A stretch of DNA of 64,000 nt, from assembly GCA_030141605.1 (NCBI GenBank), contig JAQGDQ010000314.1, positions 124,001-188,000 on the forward strand, given 5' to 3'. Positions 27,601-37,028 of the stretch are shown here, one piece after another (position 1 is the stretch's first letter; every line of letters begins with the position of its first letter). Made by a program: the position numbers and the translations under genes. The stretch is from Tubiluchus corallicola. Taxonomy: Eukaryota > Animalia > Priapulida. A model generated the notes under the pieces. It saw only the letters and a list, made by a program, of their open reading frames with translations. It had not been told where the DNA came from and ran no database searches.

Positions 27601-30600
27601 AGTGGTAGTGACACTTTGTCCCAGCGATTATTAACCGGAGGTGAGTTACAAAATGGGAATGAATGGCCGGATAGATGGTAAACATTTAACACTTGATGGT
27701 TTTGCTTACACTGTTTATTGCCAGATACACGTGTTTTGCATAGATAAATGTCCTTTGACACTATTAACTACATGTTACCAATAATTATACAGTAAGTTTA
27801 CATTTGATTTATATTCTGACAAATAATCTACGCTGTGGTTACTGTTTTTTTAGCAAGACCCAATTATTTTAAATGTTTTGCCTAACTGTTGCTGCAGGAC
27901 GTAGTGAAGTTAAATGAAGAATTAATGTATAACCTACATGTAATGTGTTATCTGTTTATGCAAAAACCCTGTATACTAGACAAATAACTGGTTTTTAATG
28001 AATAGCAATTGTTTTGATATAAATCTATACTTTAAAATGTAGTTTTTGTAAGATGCAGATTCCTTAAGTATGAAACTTCATGCCAGGAAAAACTATTAAT
28101 TCTGAATGTAGCGCAGTAATGGTGTTAAATGCATTTTGTAGAAAAACTAATTGTTTACATACCACTGATGTTGTTTTCACACTCATGTTTTGAAACTACT
28201 TTTTTACATTTTAGTGATAACAACTGATTACCAGTCAGAAGAATCTCTTGCTGCTCAACGGGAAATGTATTCGGCGCTAAAAGCAAGAAAGGAGGCTCTA
28301 GAAGAGAAGTTACAAAAGCGAATGGAGGAATTAAAAAAACTGTGCCTTCAAGAAGGGGTATGTTGTTGTGGTTTTTGGTGTCTGACAGGTTCAACCGTAT
28401 GCTGGTGAAGTAGAATGAATGAATGAATGAATGAAAAATTTGTTTGTATAGCGCACGGCACCATTTAAATCTCAGCATGCTGAACAATAAAAACCTTTAA
28501 AATTCATAAGATAAGTTAAAATTTAAAAAATTTAAAAAATTAATTCACAGTAAAAGGTACATTGCAAACAGATATATTTTAAGATGTCGTTTAAAGGAAT
28601 CTAACGAATTTGCAAAGCGCACAGCAATAGCTAAGCTATTCTATAGATATGGAGCACAGACAGAAGAAGCTTTTCATTACAGAATACTGTGTTTGGAACT
28701 GATTGTCAAGTAGTGTGTTTGTCAGTGTAGTGCAGACTTTAAAAAGCAAAATATATAATCGTGAAGCCCAGTGTCATAAGCGCATTGAACTAGTCACAAT
28801 TTGTTAATTAGTTCATCTAGGAAAGGAAAATGTGACAAATGATGCAGCTACAACAAAGACGACGGTAATTAAGCGATGTGTTAACGTTTTATATGTTTTC
28901 TAGGAATTAATAGGAGAGTTACCTCCAGAAACTCCCATTCTCCCCGGGGAAGATGTCCCTACTCTGCGAAGGAGGGTTGGTACTGCATTCAACATTGGCG
29001 ACATCATCAGCAGCAGGGATAACGCAAATGAGGTGAGTTTATTAGCAGTTTCGGCAAAACACCAAGAGACAAGTTCATTGTTTTCTTTAGCATTTTGAAT
29101 TGCTATAGTGTAAGCTTCTAAAATATTATGTTTGATTATTTCTGCATTCAGTATTATTATTTTCTAGTATTCTGTAGCTGTGGTTTCATAAGTACTCTTC
29201 AAGCTCCAAGAAATGAAAATAATTATGATAATAAATAAATTAATTGTTGTACTGAGTACAAAAAGTAAATTAAGATTTCATGTACGAGGTAATAGCTTCA
29301 CAAAAGTATGGCTGTATAAACTTTCTTGTATAAGTCATGCAAAACTACTACCTTAATAATTTAATGTTAAGTCCAAACTTGGTATAAAAAATAAAGAGTT
29401 GGACAATGCGGCAATTTTGAACACTCTAGCTACTACTTTAACAAGTTACTGGTAAGTCTAAGATTAATACAAAAAACAAAAAGAGTTCAACGATGCTGCA
29501 ATTTGAACACTCTAGCTTTGCTTGAAACTGTGAATATAGTGTTTAAATAAACGTTCTCTTTCTGACAGGATGATACATTCACCAGCCTCGAATGTGAAGT
29601 GGAAATACAAAGAAAAATCGTGTCGGCAGCTCAGCGTCTTTGCCAAGACCCAAATGCACCAAAGAGCGTCCGCAAGCAACGCAAACTCTCGTATCAGAAA
29701 TCTCATGCGCGGGTAAGTTAAATTCTCCTCAAATTGTAGGAAAGAATGATGTATTTTTGTGGATTGATGTTTATCGTTGGAATGCTGTAGGTTCATAATT
29801 GTGTTTATAATTTGCATATTCCGAGATATCGCTAGTAGACTTATTGACGCTTAATAATCAGAGGTACCGTTTTTAACTATACAGTCTATCAGTCTATCCT
29901 TCATCAAAAATAAGCTTCCACTCCTCTTGGAGCCAACATTAAATCCAAGAACACACAATATTGAACAAATACGGCAACAATTCTGTCACTAAACAAGGAG
30001 TTCAACTTTGGAATAACCTGCCATCAAATTTAAAACAAATCAAGTCTTTTGACGAATTCAAGTCAAAATTAAAAATACATACATTAAATCGTTTTAAAAA
30101 CCCAACATACGTAAACGATAATATACATTCATCCACAAATTTTATTTACCCACGTCCATTTTAAATTATATGTATATATTGTATATAGTCTATTATAATT
30201 TCCGTGTAATATTATAATATATATTTTGTTTTAAATTTTTGGCACAGTAGTTTTTAGTTTGCACTGGACGCATTTGCCTTTAACAGTTGTGTGAATTTTA
30301 TTCTAATGCTGCGACTTTTATGCTTTTATAGTTATGAATATCGATTTTTTATGGTAAAAAAAGATTATTATTATATATATATATATATATATAAGCAGCA
30401 AAACATATGTACAAGGCAGATAGTTCTTATTTTGCTATGTGACATTAATAATCTCATTTTCTCGTGTCTTTAACAGTTAAAGGAATTGGAAAACAAGTTA
30501 GCCGATTCAAAGAAAAAGTGTCTGACTTCAAGTCGATCAATGCCCGCCATGGGTTCAACCGGAGAGTTGGAAAGAGGTACTTGGCATGTTACTTTTCTAT

Positions 30601-33600
30601 ATTACAGTTAGTCCTCGCTTAACGATGCTAATGCTTTCCAGTAAAATGCGACGTTAAGCGAAACTTCGTTAAATGAAGCCAACAATTCCACAGAAAGTAA
30701 TGTAAACGAATTGAGATACGGTCCAAAGGCAAAAATCAATGTTGCTTAAATCATTTAAACTAAAGGTTTTATGAGTTTTACTCATGTTTCTACTGATTAA
30801 TTTCTTTCTGCTTCCTTGAAACAACCTATATATCTTACTTACCTAGCTAGTGGCTTCTCAGTTGTTAACGTTTAAGTCTAGGCAGAGGTTAAACAATAAA
30901 CACTGTAGTAGAATCAAAGCCAAGCCCTGGGGCGACCTTGGAAATTTTATGTAGTCTGGTTGCTTCAGCAATAGGTTGCAGGCAAAATTCCTTGCATAAA
31001 GTTTGCTCCCAGGTCTTTTTTGATACAAACGGCTAGCATTCAGTTGGGAAGCAAAAGTATACTTCTATAACAATTGCTCTATTTGCATTACTAGTGTGCT
31101 TTTAGAATGGAATAATGCAATAGGTGCTGTTTTAATGCATAAAATTATGTAAAACGTTGTTGATAAAATAAAAATTGGCTTCAAGCAAAGTCAAAAAATC
31201 GTTGTTAAAATGAAACGTCACTAAACCGGGAGTTGTTAAATGAGGACTTACTGTACATAGAAATATAATTTTGTATGTTGGCTAGTTGTTTTGTCACTGT
31301 AGGTAGAAACATGTTTAATGCAATTGATTTCGGTAGTCATACCCCTGCATTATGTGTTATCTGTGTCTTGCAAGGCTTAAATGCTTTCTTTGAACTCGTT
31401 TTTTAATTTATTTTTATCGATAAGTATTGATGAAAATAGTTTACATTGTTTCTATGAATTGTACATTTGAAATTCTTAGAACTTTAGCAACTATGATTAA
31501 AATCTAACTGTTTTTGTAATCCTTTTATTTTCTATATCATTTTTTATTATGGAATGATCTACCTCATTACAGAACCTAGTGAAGACAGCCTCCACCATAT
31601 TGACGATGGCGATGATGACGACATCAACGCGGGTGAAGAAATAGTAATAAATTTCCCAGCAGCGGTTGCTTCTCATTTACCAACTTCCCAGAATGCTCGT
31701 GACGAGCAGCAAGTGAAGATGCAGAATCTGTGGAATCGTCAGGTACAGCCATCTAGTGGCAATTCTAATCTTAATTCCAACTTTGCCAGTTACGTGTTTA
31801 CTACGTTTAGTTGCCAGCTATAATTGTATATTTTATTGCTACCATACAGTCAGTTTTGCATCAGAATTTATCTTACTGCAATACAGCAGTTGTTTCAGCA
31901 ACATTTCGCCGTTGCTATCTAAGAAATGAGTTTAAAAATTAAAAATTATTTTATAGCAAGAGATGCCACGCACTAACAAGATACCTCCGTCTTATCCGAC
32001 TTCTTCCAGTTCATCGATATCGTCAGCATCATCATCGGCTCCGGCACCAAAGTCATTACCGCCATCTTCAGCGAGCAGCCCCAGTAAGCACAACATCTCT
32101 CGCAACTCGAGTCCTAGTCCACACAGGTGTGGTTATGCTTTCATTAATTAAAATTTGTATTGTGTATTGATGTGTGGGGGGGGGGTAGCCGGTTTTTGCA
32201 TGTCTACATTGATTCAGGTAGACAAGCAGTTTTAAATAAAATTGTAATTGTTTATTTTTGTAATTCATGTAAATTGCCTAAAATGCTTTATGTTATGTTT
32301 ACAGTGTGTTAAATTTCATTTTAGTACTATGTACATACTAGTGTTGGTTGACAGGCAGTGACCTGTTTGAGGATTTAATAATCCCAAATAATGAAGCTTG
32401 TTGATCTTGCTATCATTGAAGCACAAATTTAATTTTGTTCTTCTCTTATTTAACAATTCTAGGTCTGGTAGCAATATGCCTGGATACAAGCCTAGTTCGG
32501 TGTACCAAACACAGCAGGCATACAGAAATCAGCAATACCCGACGTTCATCACTCGAGCTAGCAAACATGCAGCTGGTCCTCACATGTAAGTAGACTGTAG
32601 TTGCAGAATGACTCTATATGCTGTATGCATGTTATAGAATGCTATGTGATACACTGAAGCTTTCTTAGCACAGGTGGGCGGGTGCAGAAGGGAATTTCCT
32701 TGAGTGTCAGATAAAGTTATGATTTAGTTAAATTAGCAGTGCCTTCAGAAGTCCTCAAACATGGTAAAATATGTGTATGGATGGGGATTCCCTGACACCC
32801 CCTATCTAAGTGGTTTAGACTGCTGACCACTCCCCTTTCAGCTCAGCTTCACTCCTGGTTAGCAAAACACTGTAGGAAATGTGATTATTGCTGATGACAT
32901 TAGAAGTTAACATTGCAAGTTAAAAACACTAACACGAAACTGGATTTTGAAACTGTTTTCTTTGCAGCGTTGTTTCCTCTTGTTGACAAAATTTTTTGTC
33001 GGTCACTCAAATATTTGTCGTTTTTAGGGGTGGTGATAGTGAAGTTTCAGAGGTGGATCAAGGCACGTACAGAATTGAGGGGACAGCGCCGCCACACGTG
33101 GAGAGTGCTAGTGAACTGAAGACTCCTACGAATAGTGAAGAATTTTCTTACCCATCCCCACCCAAATCGTTACAGGTAATCATGCATATATCGTAGTTCT
33201 TGCTGTCACTGTCTTAAATGTCAAGCGTCGCCTTGTACCGTTGTTTTACTTTCTCCTGTTCTCTTAGCTTTAAGCTGTATGCGAAGCAAATGTATAACTA
33301 CATGTGCCAGTCTACAAACAGACTTCAGACCTTTGAGGTTAGGCATTGTTAGCTGAAGAGTTTTTCATTATTTTTTCTAGGTTGGGTACAGGCGCGGTCG
33401 CCGTGGCAACAATATTAGCTACAACAACTATGGCAGTCTGGAAAGAAACTATGCATTGCGTAATCGTAGCGACAAGATCAAGAAGGCTGCCGCAACAACA
33501 AATAAGCACTGGTACGAGACGTCACTCGACTCGTACACGACGACAAAAGTTGACAGTGAATGTCCCGCCCAAATGATGGGAAGTCCCCGCTCCATGAGGC

Positions 33601-34977
33601 GGCAAAACATCCATCAGTTAGTTCAACAATATAACAACATGGAGTTGGATCACTGTACACCGAAATACACCGATAGCCTTCCTCGACGGACCAAACAAAA
33701 TCGAAATGCATTAGAGCAACAGGACAGTCATGCGAGAAATCAAGAAAAGGACAACTTGAGAGATCGGAGTTTTGACTCGGATCATTACGGAAGTTCGCCA
33801 CGTGGCAGGAGTGTGGACTGTGAAATGCGCAATCATCTTCCTGGCGTGGAGACTGATGTGAACCGGTTCCAGATCGGTAGCCGGTTAGGTTACGGTGAGG
33901 TGGGCCATCGATTGCGGCTAAGTGGACGGTTTAACAGAGGCGATGGCGCGGAGACATCGGACAGTGGTTACCATAGTGAGCGGCTGGGAAAGAAGAGATC
34001 TGTGAGTGTGGATCCTCGTCACACTCACCCAGCAGGCATTGGTACTCCATCTGGTAATCAAGTTACCACGCCCACTCGCCTGATTTCTCCACGAAGCGAA
34101 AACTCACCATCTGAATCTCATAAGTTTCAGAATAGTCAAGAAAGTACAAAACCGTACGAGTTGTCAGACTTCTACAAGTACAGTTCTAAGGTGCGGCAGC
34201 AGACCAGCCGAGAAGGTCTCATCACGCCCGAATCGCCATCGAAAAGTTCCTCTAGCAACTCGTTGTCTAGTGGGCGTGGCAATCCAACTTCTCCTTATCA
34301 GACGAATAGAGGACAGCTTGGGACAGTTTCATCTCCTCTGAGTTCTCCGACCAAAGGGTATACCACCACTACAGTGCCTAGCTATAGTGCCATAAATCAT
34401 CACAAGGTGTCTTCTCCATCTTCGTCACATGACTTCGGAGACACTTTGCCGACATTGCATCCGCCTGTCGCTGTGCAGTATACACCTCCTAAGCCCATGA
34501 AGTGCAAAGCTGTCACTCCCGCATCCATGAACAATTCTAATAACAAGTAAGTGGTGCATCCTTGATCACACTTGTTTGATAAAAAATACACATTTTATAT
34601 CTTATTAAACAAATGGTGCAATCTTGATGCTACTAGGTCACTTACTCTATCTTTTTTGTAAGTTGTTTAGCTTATTGGTAATAAATAAATGCCGTAAGCA
34701 ATGCAATAATGGCGTTTTTAACCAAATGATGAGAACTTGGTAACAGGACTCGACCCTCCAAGAAACGAATTATTTTAAAGATAAAAACTTAAAATTTCAT
34801 GTCTTGGGTCTTTGCAGGAGTTTCAATGACTCTCTGATGTCTGACAAGTCGGCGTCCCGGGACCTCAGTTTCGGACAGTTCAATTCTGATCATCTTGCCG
34901 AAGCATTTAGCGAAGAAATGTTGGCTTGGTACGACGACCAGGAACCAGCGAAGCACAAAAAAGCTACTCTTGTATAA
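12577..34977 (+). CDS. FRMD4A: FERM domain-containing protein 4 (FRMD4A/B co-orthologue), 20 coding exons, ~1179 aa
   Basis: Exons: 12577-12642, 18433-18527, 23612-23704, 24545-24629, 25355-25434, 25942-26025, 26312-26377, 26817-27038, 27173-27314, 27487-27640, 28215-28357, 28904-29032, 29569-29712, 30477-30576, 31573-31742, 31957-32126, 32463-32585, 33028-33175, 33381-34546, 34818-34977. All introns are GT-AG with matching phases (3540 nt total). The translation MTEGRRAQVVLLDERRLEILVQPKLYAGELLDIVSSHFNLKEKEYFGL...WWLGLSYKGI...WSMAISQHQFYLDRK...ELKKLCLQEGELIGELP...RRRVGTAF closely follows vertebrate FRMD4A as I recall it. Confidence 0.92.
14184..14258 (+). repeat. Dispersed ~75-bp repeat, copy 2
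   Basis: Near-identical to 12042-12116. Confidence 0.85.
18433..18527 (+). CDS. FRMD4A: FRMD4 exon 2
   Basis: ttcag|PKLYAGELLDIVSSHFNLKEKEYFGLAYTDE|gtgagt. Confidence 0.92.
23612..23704 (+). CDS. FRMD4A: FRMD4 exon 3
   Basis: GHYHWLQVDRRVLEHDCCRKNGTLILHFAV, bounded by ag/gt. Confidence 0.9.
24545..24629 (+). CDS. FRMD4A: FRMD4 exon 4
   Basis: FFVESITRLRDSQTVELFYLQAKNLVFN, bounded by ag/gt. Confidence 0.9.
25355..25434 (+). CDS. FRMD4A: FRMD4 exon 5
   Basis: GVVDTDTDTAFELAAHVLQASYGDYT (FERM central lobe). Confidence 0.9.
25942..26025 (+). CDS. FRMD4A: FRMD4 exon 6
   Basis: DQTAKDNLKKLPVLPTKTLKEHPSLSY. Confidence 0.9.
26312..26377 (+). CDS. FRMD4A: FRMD4 exon 7
   Basis: EEKVISTYKNLTGQTKGSAIV. 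Confidence 0.9.
26817..27038 (+). CDS. FRMD4A: FRMD4 exon 8 (FERM C-lobe)
   Basis: YMTIVESLPTYGIHYYEVKDKNGLPWWLGLSYKGICQYDYADKCTPRKVFQWKQLENLYFRDKKFSIEVHDPK. Confidence 0.95.
27173..27314 (+). CDS. FRMD4A: FRMD4 exon 9
   Basis: LSTGKRTFGGSSVNVQIWFAVTPQLTKCIWSMAISQHQFYLDRKHNK|gtaagc. Confidence 0.93.
27487..27640 (+). CDS. FRMD4A: FRMD4 exon 10
   Basis: AHLKTVRSLSEIASDLSKSVRSLSSSTS...; contains the RSLSEIA motif. Confidence 0.88.
28215..28357 (+). CDS. FRMD4A: FRMD4 exon 11 (coiled coil / CUPID start)
   Basis: QREMYSALKARKEALEEKLQKRMEELKKLCLQEG. Confidence 0.9.
28414..28680 (-). mobile_element. L2-clade LINE 3' remnant
   Basis: The minus strand encodes decayed SSVCAPYL*NSLAIAVRFANSLDSFKRHLKIYLF (L2/CR1 ORF2 C-terminus), followed by a (TTCA)n tail at ~28414-28435. 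Confidence 0.7.
28904..29032 (+). CDS. FRMD4A: FRMD4 exon 12 (CUPID)
   Basis: ELIGELPPETPILPGEDVPTLRRRVGTAFNIGDIISSRDNANE. Confidence 0.92.
29569..29712 (+). CDS. FRMD4A: FRMD4 exon 13 (CUPID)
   Basis: DDTFTSLECEVEIQRKIVSAAQRLCQDPNAPKSVRKQRKLSYQKSHAR. Confidence 0.9.
29945..30100 (+). mobile_element. CR1/L2-type LINE ORF2 C-terminal fragment
   Basis: KYGNNSVTKQGVQLWNNLPSNLKQIKSFDEFKSKLK fits the WNxLP...S...FKxxLK tail of CR1/L2 ORF2. Confidence 0.7.
30477..30576 (+). CDS. FRMD4A: FRMD4 exon 14
   Basis: LKELENKLADSKKKCLTSSRSMPAMGSTGELER, bounded by ag/gt. Confidence 0.85.
30605..31253. mobile_element. Tigger/pogo-like non-autonomous DNA transposon (MITE)
   Basis: The left end CAGTTAGTCCTCGCTTAAC matches the right-end reverse complement CAGTAAGTCCTCATTTAAC, with TA on both flanks. 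Confidence 0.7.
31573..31742 (+). CDS. FRMD4A: FRMD4 exon 15
   Basis: PSEDSLHHIDDGDDDDINAGEE...NLWNRQ; phases fit the neighbouring exons. Confidence 0.75.
31957..32126 (+). CDS. FRMD4A: FRMD4 exon 16 (Ser/Pro-rich)
   Basis: QEMPRTNKIPPSYPTSSSSS...SPSPH; phases fit. Confidence 0.75.
32463..32585 (+). CDS. FRMD4A: FRMD4 exon 17
   Basis: SGSNMPGYKPSSVYQTQQAYRNQQYPTF...GPH|gtaagt. Confidence 0.75.
33028..33175 (+). CDS. FRMD4A: FRMD4 exon 18
   Basis: tttttag|G GGDSEVSEVDQGTY...PPKSLQ|gtaatc; phases fit. Confidence 0.72.
33381..34546 (+). CDS. FRMD4A: FRMD4 exon 19 (large low-complexity exon)
   Basis: A 1166-nt open frame containing YGSLER, WYETSLDS and KPYELSDFYKYSSK; ttctag acceptor and gtaagt donor. 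Confidence 0.85.
34818..34977 (+). CDS. FRMD4A: FRMD4 terminal exon with class I PDZ-binding motif
   Basis: tttgcag|G SFNDSLMSDKSASRDLSFGQFNSDHLAEAFSEEMLAWYDDQEPAKHKKATLV*. Confidence 0.85.
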
Positions 34978-37028
34978 CAGAGATGGTCTTGTGTTTTTTC
35001 ACACAGCAAAGATGATCTTATATTTGTGTTTCTTGAAGCAGTCGGTTGTGCATTTATTTATTTTTTATAGCAAAGGTTTGCTGGTCGTTTTAGGTTGTAC
35101 TTCATCACTAGGACCAATTCTTTTAGAACCTAAGCATGTTAAGAAGTTTAGTGTCATTTGTGTGCCTACTGCTGCATCTGCATCATGGCTTTTGTTTTTT
35201 TTTGTGTCACGCTGCACAGCTCATGTAGTAACGCAGCATAGCTCTTGTCATTTCTGGAAAATCTTACTTTTTTGTTAGCAAGTATGTCATTTGACATTGA
35301 CATTAAATTACAGGCACTTTTTTCCTAATTCTATACTAAGCAGATTGCAGTAAAAATGGTGGGATTTATTGGATCCATTCACGATCACATAAAGAATAAT
35401 TGAGCATCCCGTTCTAATTTGGTTAAATCTCAATGTATGATTACTAATAATTGTACTGCAAACACGCTGGTTGATCGTGTTGTTTACTGTCTGCATTAAA
35501 TACTGCTCGTTATAGTATCTTAACTTTTTATATTAATATATAAATTGTAAATGTTCCAGATATTAGTTTAGTCTGTATAGCTTGTACATACAATTTTCTA
35601 TGTATCATTATATTATAATGGCCTTATGGTTTGTTAGGTTCTGTGAGTCTGATAAAGTATAAAGGAACCAGACAATTTGCTGGATTTTTAATTTTAGTAT
35701 TTGACTAAATATTGCAGTGTGTATAGTCACCAAGTGGGCAGCATTTTTTATAATTATTTTGTACAGCTGTATTTTTTGAAAAAAAGTTTGATATTGATTG
35801 AAACAGAAATTCTCGTGGATTTTGTAGTATTTGTCTTTTATCTGACCAAGTGGCTGAAGTTGCATTACAAAAAAATGTAAAGATTGATAGTAAGTGAACT
35901 CGACTATTCTGCTTCATGGATGGAAAATGAGACACTGAATTAGCAGCTAGAACAGTTTCCATGACCTATTAGTTATTATTCTCAGTTGCATTTTTATCGC
36001 TACTTTTTGAGAGATGCCCAAGATCTCTTATTAATGGTCCTTGAACACTGACAGTTTTCTTGTAAGTACTTATTTCTGCAGTTTCACATAGGCTTGTCTT
36101 TGACATCCCTAGCTGTAGAACACCTACACATAAATCCAGTTTTTCCCAATCAATAGCCTCTTTAACAGATATCTTTTTTCACTAGCAAACAGCAGAGAAA
36201 GTAATATCCGCTAGGGTTTAGTGTGAATTCTATGTACATCCATGTGTTCATGTCTTTGCTTTTTCACTGTAGCCCTTTACTATGAGTGGACATTGATGTT
36301 GCTGGGGTGATTTGTATTAAACAAACTGAAGAATTTGCTGTATTATTTATTATACCTCTCACTTGTATGGGCTTATATTGGGAGGCATTGGAGTTTACAA
36401 CTGTTATTGCGTAGGTACATGATTTCACTGCTTCCATCTATAACTTTTGTTCTTGTTGCTAAACAATCTACAAAATACACTCAAAAGTGTGCCAACGAAA
36501 AACCTTTATTTACAAAACATTGTTATTTACACAAAATGATGCGCAATGTAAACATGAGCAGAAGAGTTTAATGCAGTTTCAGACAGCATACCGGTTAGTC
36601 ATGGAAAAAGCTTAATACAAAATTTATCATTTATATCCGAGCAACAATGTGTTTTACGCTTGCTTTCTGTTTTGTGCATTTTAGGGGCGTCACAGCTGAA
36701 TAAGAAAGACCTAATGCTTTAACTTGATAGTTTACATTCCACATGACACAATCCATTAACAAAGAAACGCGTAATACAATTTGGTGCATCCTGTGACCTC
36801 TAGATTAGGCCTACATATTAAACAAAAATTGGAGACTATTTCATTATCAGTTTTTTTAATAATCATTATTTACTAGTAAAGATAATTTAAACAAATCTAT
36901 TCGTAATACACGTGTTTATTATCAAAAGTCGTACTAACTTGCACCCAGTTTGTAATCTTTCCCCAACAGGTAGCACCACTGTAAACTTCCTGAGACAGAT
37001 TCCTTGGCAACGAAAACTAATTTGTGGG

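Noticed and set aside
32968-32986. Alternative strong-looking acceptor (tttgcag) for FRMD4 exon 18
   Set aside because: It gives an in-frame TGA after six codons; the acceptor at 33027/33028 keeps the frame.
34895-35278. 127-aa + strand ORF after FRMD4
   Set aside because: It overlaps the real terminal exon out of frame and runs into the 3' UTR; non-ATG start.
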